A stretch of DNA of 64,000 nt, from the NCBI GenBank assembly GCA_016936815.1, contig JAFGXD010000172.1, positions 2,961 through 66,960 of the forward strand. The letters run 5' to 3'. A program made the translations under genes and the position numbers. Below the pieces are notes generated by a model, which worked only from the letters and a program-made list of their open reading frames with translations, was not told where the DNA came from and ran no database searches. Position 1 is the stretch's first letter. Each line of letters opens with the position of its first letter. Shown here in pieces: positions 58,609-64,000 of this stretch. This DNA is from Bacteroidales bacterium (GTDB taxonomy: Bacteria; Bacteroidota; Bacteroidia; Bacteroidales; GWF2-38-335).

Positions 58609-59418
58609 ATGATAGTTTTTCCACATGCAAAAATAAATATAGGCCTAAATGTTATCAGAAAACGTGAAGATGGATTTCACGATATTGAATCGGTTTTTTA
58701 TCCGATTAATTTATGCGATTCTCTTGAATTTATTTCTTCGAAAAAAACAAAAATTTGCACTAGCGGGCTAAATATTAACACTTTAAAATCAGACAATATT
58801 GTAACAAAAGCATATAATTTAATTAAAGAAGATTACGATTTACCGAATCTATCTATTCATCTTCATAAAGTAATTCCATTTGGTGCAGGTTTGGGTGGAG
58901 GTTCGAGTGATGCGGCATTTTTCATAAAAGATTTAAATAGTTTTTACAATTTAAATATTTCCAAGAGCCGATTGGAAGAATATGCTGCAACATTAGGAAG
59001 CGACTGCACATTTTTCTTGCAAGATAAACCGGCATTTGTTACTGGAAGAGGTGAAAAAATAAATTCAATAAATATAAAACTTACAGGATACAAATTATTA
59101 ATAGTAAAACCCGACATTTATATTAGCACTCCGGAAGCCTTTACAGGAATAAAACCTGCCTTACCAAAAATTAGAATTAACGAATCAATTACCAAAAAGC
59201 CTGAAACTTGGAAAGATTTTATTTACAACGATTTTGAGTCACATATTTTTGAAAAACATCCAAAGCTTAAGTTAATTAAATCCGAATTTTACAAATCAGG
59301 CGCAATTTACTCATCAATGAGTGGAAGTGGCTCCACAATTTTTGGTATATATAAAGAAAAACCAAATCTTGATTTTTTTAAGCAGTTTGGCTTTTTACAT
59401 TATGAAGAAATGAAATAA
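58609..59418 (+). CDS. ispE: 4-(cytidine 5'-diphospho)-2-C-methyl-D-erythritol kinase IspE
   Basis: 269 aa GHMP kinase with AKINIGLNV near the N-terminus and the PFGAGLGGGSSDAA motif. Confidence 0.92.
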   Translation: MIVFPHAKINIGLNVIRKREDGFHDIESVFYPINLCDSLEFISSKKTKICTSGLNINTLKSDNIVTKAYNLIKEDYDLPNLSIHLHKVIPFGAGLGGGSSDAAFFIKDLNSFYNLNISKSRLEEYAATLGSDCTFFLQDKPAFVTGRGEKINSINIKLTGYKLLIVKPDIYISTPEAFTGIKPALPKIRINESITKKPETWKDFIYNDFESHIFEKHPKLKLIKSEFYKSGAIYSSMSGSGSTIFGIYKEKPNLDFFKQFGFLHYEEMK

Positions 59419-59443
59419 AAAAAGCCCATGAAAACATGAGCTT
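59412..59443 (-). terminator. rho-independent terminator for the minus-strand lipoprotein operon (overlaps the ispE stop region)
   Basis: AAGCCCATG / CATGAGCTT stem (one mismatch) with a 4-nt loop. On the minus-strand transcript it is followed by a U-rich run (complement of AAATAAAAAA). Confidence 0.5.
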
Positions 59444-59467
59444 AATATTAAGAATGAAATAATAATT

Positions 59468-59929
59468 TTAAAATTGGTCGAAAGAGTCTTCTTTATTCAT
59501 AAAACCAATAAGGAAAGCAACACAACCTGTAGGAATATTGTCACTAAGATCGTCGGTTGTTTGCACCTGAATAGAAATTACAAGTTGCTGACTCGATTGC
59601 ATAGAAAAGTCCCAAACTCTAGCATAATCATTATTTTTATTATCATATAAAACATTTCTATCTTTGTCAAGAACTTGAAACTGCACTTTTGGTAGCTCAT
59701 CGGCACCACAAATAGCTATTCTATATTCCTGCCCTGAATAAAAAGTTTTAAACAATTCTACAGCATCACCTTCTTGAAGAACAGCTGCGTTATACATACC
59801 ATCGTGCACATAAGGAACAAGTTCCAACATACATATTTTCCTTGCAAAATTCTTACATTGCGCATTAATACTAATTGACGAGATAGTCATTAGTGACAAG
59901 AAGAGTGCAATAAATATTATTCGTTTCAT
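59468..59929 (-). CDS. small secreted hypothetical protein
   Basis: 153 aa with a signal peptide (MKRIIFIALFLSLMTISSISINAQ), four Cys residues and beta-rich composition. Lies 64 nt downstream of the lipoprotein gene with no promoter box of its own. Confidence 0.55.
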   Translation of the reverse strand: MKRIIFIALFLSLMTISSISINAQCKNFARKICMLELVPYVHDGMYNAAVLQEGDAVELFKTFYSGQEYRIAICGADELPKVQFQVLDKDRNVLYDNKNNDYARVWDFSMQSSQQLVISIQVQTTDDLSDNIPTGCVAFLIGFMNKEDSFDQF

Positions 59930-59993
59930 ATTTGAAAATTTTTATTATATTATTGTCATTAGCTTAAACATTAACACTAATAACATATTTAAT

Positions 59994-60917
59994 CTATTTA
60001 ACTATACCGTTCCTGTAATCTGCAACTGTTTTACACAATGCCTTGAAAACAACAGGATCCAAAGGAGCTTTTTCTTCGGTAGCCTTAAGAGTTGTTACTT
60101 TAGTAACAGGATCAGTAACAGGTTCAATTTTTGATGTCGTAACTTCAATTTTGTCAAAGATCTCTTTTAACTTCAACAGTTCTTCATAAACAGAAGCAAT
60201 ATCTTTGCTATCTTCTGAATACTGTTCCAAAAGCCCTATAAGAGTACCTAAAGAAAGCCTTTGGTCAATAATTCTATCAATTAACTCCTCGGCAGAATCA
60301 GTCATTTTTGCAATTTGAGTAGCAATATAAAGACCTTCAATCCAACCGCCCACCAATATCATTGCTGCAATTTCAGCTCTGTCGTTTTCCTTCAAAAACG
60401 AGTTGGAGTTCATAAAAGTTTCAGAAATAATATCAATAATTGAATCTTTTTGATTAATGTTACTTTCAAGACGTTCCATAATTTCAGGACTTATGGCATT
60501 TAAAATTCCAATATTATCAGCCAAAGTTTTAGAGGCCGACATGTATTTTATGGAAGTTTGGGTTTGGTCGAACAAACTTGCAAAGCTTAAATCGGCACTA
60601 TAAATACCCAAATTTAAAGCCATACTCTTATTCCCCATATAGTTAGGCGCATTTGTTGTTGGGTTAAGGAGACTTTCATCATACTTTGCTCCTGCCCGTT
60701 TAATTAACATTGCAGTTTCAATTGGAGATGGTAAAGAATAAAAAACCTGTTTGGCCTGATTCATACTATTCATCAAATCATCATTTTGCTCAGTAGTATC
60801 TATCTCATTATTTGCACCTTTGTTACCATCATCTTTCTTATCAGATGAACAACTAAACAAGAAAGTCGCCATTGTTATGGAAGCAACTACTGTAAGGACT
60901 TTAAAATTAATCTTCAT
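59994..60917 (-). CDS. uncharacterised helical lipoprotein (paralogue of 19444..20271)
   Basis: Track ORF extends to 60995. The ATG at 60917 gives MKINFKVLTVVASITMATFLFSCSS (lipobox). It shares LGIYSADLSFAS and LVGGWIEGLYIAT blocks with the 19444 protein. Confidence 0.6.
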   Translation of the reverse strand: MKINFKVLTVVASITMATFLFSCSSDKKDDGNKGANNEIDTTEQNDDLMNSMNQAKQVFYSLPSPIETAMLIKRAGAKYDESLLNPTTNAPNYMGNKSMALNLGIYSADLSFASLFDQTQTSIKYMSASKTLADNIGILNAISPEIMERLESNINQKDSIIDIISETFMNSNSFLKENDRAEIAAMILVGGWIEGLYIATQIAKMTDSAEELIDRIIDQRLSLGTLIGLLEQYSEDSKDIASVYEELLKLKEIFDKIEVTTSKIEPVTDPVTKVTTLKATEEKAPLDPVVFKALCKTVADYRNGIVK

Positions 60918-60976
60918 AATATTACGTTTAAATATTTTGTTACTAAACTTATAACGTGTAAAAATACATAATTTTT

Positions 60977-60984
60977 CAAATATA
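60977..60984 (-). promoter_or_regulatory. candidate -7 promoter box (TATATTTG) for the lipoprotein / small-protein pair
   Basis: Exact TAnnTTTG on the minus strand, about 59 nt upstream of the ATG at 60917. Confidence 0.3.
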
Positions 60985-61191
60985 TGAAAATACATTTGAT
61001 AATAAAAAACAAGATTATAAAAAATCTTTGATTTTATTTGATAATTATTTTTTTTACTTTTGAAAAAAAATTACAGTCATCCTAATTGGCTTTTCTCAAA
61101 TACCTTGAAAACAATATGTTGCAATAATATTTCAGGCACAAAAGAAAATATTTATACAAAAAACTTTATATTAATATAACACAATAATAAA

Positions 61192-61716
61192 ATGAATAAA
61201 AAGAAGCTGGAGGAAAGTATAATAAAACAATTGAATTCGGATGACTTTGGCGACATAATGGAGGGAATAAAAGAGATTAGAGAAAAAGGAAACTATCTGT
61301 ATATTAAAGAATTAACAAAAGTTCTTAGAACAAATACCACAATAGAAGTACAACGAGAAATATCAGAATTACTTAATGACATTCATAACAACGAGGCTGT
61401 TCCTGCAATAATGAATGAAATAAAACTGGATTTAAATAAAGAAATTCTTCATATTTTAGTTTCAAGTTGTTGGCAATCTCCATTAGATTACAGCAATTAT
61501 TTCTCCGATTTTGTTGATTTAGCTTTGGAAGGCGATTATTTGTGTACAATTGAAGCTATTTCGGTAATAGAAAATATTCTAATGAATTTTGAAATTGAAA
61601 GTTTAACAATTTCTAATCAACTATTTAAGATAAAAAAAGGTATTGAAGAAGTAAGTGCTGACAAACAACTTTTAATATTGGAGCTTAAGAAGATTTTGCA
61701 AGAAAAAAAGGGTTGA
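61192..61716 (+). CDS. hypothetical cytoplasmic helical (HEAT-like?) protein
   Basis: 174 aa with no signal peptide and helical-repeat-like composition. No family recognised. Confidence 0.5.
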   Translation: MNKKKLEESIIKQLNSDDFGDIMEGIKEIREKGNYLYIKELTKVLRTNTTIEVQREISELLNDIHNNEAVPAIMNEIKLDLNKEILHILVSSCWQSPLDYSNYFSDFVDLALEGDYLCTIEAISVIENILMNFEIESLTISNQLFKIKKGIEEVSADKQLLILELKKILQEKKG

Positions 61717-61730
61717 AAAAATTCAACCCT
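61701..61730 (-). terminator. rho-independent terminator for the DHOD-like gene (overlaps the stop codon of the convergent 61192 gene)
   Basis: AGGGTTGAA / TTCAACCCT 9-bp stem with a 3-4-nt loop. On the minus-strand transcript it is followed by a run of 7-8 U. Confidence 0.65.
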
Positions 61731-61742
61731 CATAATTCTTGT

Positions 61743-62726
61743 CTATTCCATAGAAGAAAAGTATTTCATAAACTGAGATCGCTGATAAACCAAAGGATTG
61801 CCAATCTTACTATAGTTCATTTTTGCTTTAAAATCTGCTATTGAAGAAAATTTATGTTTTTCCATCCATTTTTCCAATTCGGTAACAATATTTGAAATTT
61901 CCTTTACGCCCTTTTTGTAAAGAACACTACAAACTTGAACTGCTGATGCACCGGCAAGAATTTGCTTAAAAGCAGCCTCGCCATCGTGGACACCTGTTGA
62001 ACCTGCAATATCTATTTTTTCAATTTTATCGGAAATAATTCCAATCCATCTTAAAGAGTGACGTAAATCTGAAGGATGACTAAAAACTGATGCCGAATCC
62101 ATTTCAAGTTTTGTTGCATTAATATCGGGTTCATAGAAACGGTTGAAAAGAACAACAGCATCGGCCTTTCTATAATGTAACTGGTTTACCAAATACAAGA
62201 TATTAGAAAACTGTTGCCCAATTTTTACAGCAACCGGCAATTTGGTGCTTGCTTTAACCTTTTCAAGAATCTCAAAATAAGTTTTTTCTATTTCTGCAGA
62301 AGATTTTTCTTTATCGGTAGGAACAATGTTAATATTAAGCTCCAAACCATCTGCCCCGGCTTTTTCAATTTTTGAAGCAAAAGAAGTCCAATCCGATGCA
62401 GAAACACAATTAATGCTAGCGATTATAGGAATTTTGGTTTTAATTTTCGCAGTTTCAATTAACTCAAGGTATGAGTCAACTGTATTATTTTTCACATAAT
62501 TTCTCACATAATCCTCAGCTTCAGGATAATCGTTTTGACCTTGATTAAGATAATTTCCGGCATCGAAATTAATTTGTTCTTCGAAAAGAGATTTAAGAAC
62601 AACAGCTCCGGCACCTGCCTCTTCAATTTTCTTAATCTTTTCAATAGTATTTGTAAGCCCCGAGCTACTAACAATTATCGGATTTTTAAGCTTAATACCC
62701 ATGTAGGTGGTTTCAAGTTTTGCCAT
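61743..62726 (-). CDS. dihydroorotate dehydrogenase-like TIM-barrel flavoprotein (class 1 DHOD/PreA-like)
   Basis: 327 aa. The N-terminus LETTYMGIKLKNPIIVSSSGLT and the segments ADGLELNI and GGVHDG-type are typical of the DHOD-like family. Confidence 0.85.
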   Translation of the reverse strand: MAKLETTYMGIKLKNPIIVSSSGLTNTIEKIKKIEEAGAGAVVLKSLFEEQINFDAGNYLNQGQNDYPEAEDYVRNYVKNNTVDSYLELIETAKIKTKIPIIASINCVSASDWTSFASKIEKAGADGLELNINIVPTDKEKSSAEIEKTYFEILEKVKASTKLPVAVKIGQQFSNILYLVNQLHYRKADAVVLFNRFYEPDINATKLEMDSASVFSHPSDLRHSLRWIGIISDKIEKIDIAGSTGVHDGEAAFKQILAGASAVQVCSVLYKKGVKEISNIVTELEKWMEKHKFSSIADFKAKMNYSKIGNPLVYQRSQFMKYFSSME

Positions 62727-62740
62727 AATAAGTTATTTTT

Positions 62741-63412
62741 TCAATTATAGTTTCTCGATCCAAATATTGAACTGCCAATTCTCACAATTGTGCTTCCTTC
62801 CTCAATGGCAATGGGATAATCGTCGGACATTCCCATAGAAAGCTCTTTAAATGAATCGAAGTTATAAAAATAGTTATTTTTTAATTGTGTGAAATACTTC
62901 TTTAGATTTTTAAATTCATGCCTAACAACATCATAATTATCAGTGAAAGTTGCCATGCCCATAAGTCCACAAATTTTGACACTGTTCAAATTTATAAACT
63001 CCCTATCTGCAAGCATTTGATCTATTTCTTGCATATCAAATCCAAATTTTGTTTCTTCCTCCGCAATATGAATCTGCAATAAGCATTTTACAATTCGTTT
63101 GTACTTTTTCGCTTCTTTATCTATTATTTTCAACAACTTATAAGAATCAACTCCATGAATTAGTTCAACAAAAGAAGCAATATATTTTACTTTATTGGAC
63201 TGAAGGTGACCAATCATGTGCCACTCAATATCTTTTGGCAATTTTTCGTATTTATCTACAAGTTCCTGAACTTTATTTTCTCCAAAAACCTTATGTCCAT
63301 TATTATATAATAGAAGGATATCTTCTGCAGGTTTAGTTTTTGAAACCGCAACCAACTTAACGCCTTCCTTTAATGAAGATTTAATAGTATTAAGATTTTC
63401 AACAATTTCCAT
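62741..63412 (-). CDS. yggS: YggS-family pyridoxal-phosphate homeostasis protein
   Basis: 223 aa with LVAVSKTKP (PLP lysine), FGENKVQE, WHMIGHLQSNK and VRIGSSIFG. Confidence 0.93.
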   Translation of the reverse strand: MEIVENLNTIKSSLKEGVKLVAVSKTKPAEDILLLYNNGHKVFGENKVQELVDKYEKLPKDIEWHMIGHLQSNKVKYIASFVELIHGVDSYKLLKIIDKEAKKYKRIVKCLLQIHIAEEETKFGFDMQEIDQMLADREFINLNSVKICGLMGMATFTDNYDVVRHEFKNLKKYFTQLKNNYFYNFDSFKELSMGMSDDYPIAIEEGSTIVRIGSSIFGSRNYN

Positions 63413-63444
63413 AATAAAAGAATATGCCGGTATTGAACCGGCAT
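63413..63444 (-). terminator. rho-independent terminator after the DUF1015 gene
   Basis: ATGCCGG / CCGGCAT 7-bp GC-rich stem with a 7-nt loop. On the minus-strand transcript it is followed by ATTCTTTTATT. Confidence 0.6.
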
Positions 63445-63450
63445 AAAGTA

Positions 63451-64000
63451 TTAATCAAGTTCGTGAATAACTAGTCCCGATCGCAATTTTGGTTCGAACC
63501 ACGTTGTTTTAGGAGGCATAATATTTCCGGTATCGGCAATATCAATAAGTTGCTGCATAGAAACAGGATATAATGCAAAGGCAACCTGACATTTACCTTC
63601 ATCAACACGTTTTTTTAATTCTCCAAGCCCTCTAATTCCGCCTACAAAATCAACTCTATTGTCTCGTCTTAAATCTTTAATTCCAAGAATATTATCTAAA
63701 ACTAAATTTGATAAAATTGTAACATCAAGAACACCAATTGGGTCGTTATCGTTATATCTACCGGCTTTGGCGTTAAGAGAAAACCAATAGCCATCAAGGT
63801 ACATTGAAAATTCGTGCAATTTTTGAGGTTTGTATATTTCTTGGCCTTGAAAATTTACTTCAAAATCAATTGATAGTTTTTCAATTAATTGCTCATTTGA
63901 CAAACCATTTAAATCTTTTACGGTTCTGTTATAGTCAATAATCTTTAATTGGTTATCGGGAAAATGAACAGCCATAAAGAAATTATATTCTTCATTTCCG
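63451..64000 (-). CDS. DUF1015 family protein, C-terminal part (gene continues beyond the right edge)
   Basis: The reading frame stays open upstream of the track Met at 63975 through to position 64000 (…GNEEYNFFMAVHFPDNQLKIIDYNRTV…). This pattern fits the C-terminal half of roughly 400-aa DUF1015 proteins as I recall them. Confidence 0.7.
   Translation of the reverse strand, partial: GNEEYNFFMAVHFPDNQLKIIDYNRTVKDLNGLSNEQLIEKLSIDFEVNFQGQEIYKPQKLHEFSMYLDGYWFSLNAKAGRYNDNDPIGVLDVTILSNLVLDNILGIKDLRRDNRVDFVGGIRGLGELKKRVDEGKCQVAFALYPVSMQQLIDIADTGNIMPPKTTWFEPKLRSGLVIHELD

Noticed and set aside
52260-59521. Apparent 1-nt excesses when I hand-translated across the line junctions at about 52260/52261, 56220/56221 and 59520/59521, which would imply frameshifts in the TPR-like, HAD and 153-aa genes
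   Set aside because: The supplied ORF track, computed from the sequence, shows these ORFs intact, and flanking genes are in register. I attribute the discrepancy to my own character counting. For this reason hand-derived coordinates are given as approximate to within 1 nt.

Overview
AT-rich, densely coding Bacteroidota chromosomal segment with about 56 CDS. Reading by eye, I found no rRNA, tRNA, CRISPR array, transposase, integrase or phage gene. Contents by region: (1) 0.9-16.6 kb holds a complete dcw division/cell-wall cluster (mraZ-rsmH-ftsL-ftsI-murE-mraY-murD-ftsW-murG-murC-ftsQ-ftsA-ftsZ plus a YqeY-like gene). It is preceded by four phased GTGG[GT] repeats that look like a MraZ operator. 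(2) 16.6-26.4 kb holds trmD, a DUF349 repeat protein, a lipoprotein plus TonB-dependent receptor pair, pyrG and yidC. (3) 26.5-30.9 kb holds a molybdenum-cofactor block (moeA-moaA-moaC-MOSC::mogA fusion) followed by an SSAT-like GNAT and an HD protein. (4) 30.9-41.1 kb is a type IX secretion / gliding neighbourhood: porU-porV-ispF-trx on the minus strand, divergent from a PorP/SprF-like gene, gldJ and murF. (5) 41-53 kb holds an alkaline-phosphatase-family protein, murQ, nhaC, and a minus-strand run of a flippase-like membrane protein, two paralogous TPR-like secreted proteins, TraB/GumN, wza and wzc. (6) 53-64 kb is housekeeping (rsmA, mgtE, HAD, fmt, ispE, DHOD-like, yggS, partial DUF1015) interspersed with uncharacterised lipoproteins. 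I did not find a clear, self-contained novel system such as a defence island or mobile element, and most of the window is conserved core genome. The best leads are: the PorP-like/GldJ pair next to PorU/PorV; a family of helical lipoproteins present twice in different two-gene modules; the glycosyltransferase-less wza-wzc export run with its TPR/GumN partners; the Moco block that lacks MPT synthase; and the putative MraZ operator. Coordinates I derived by hand-reading (boxes, hairpins, refined starts) may be off by 1 nt.
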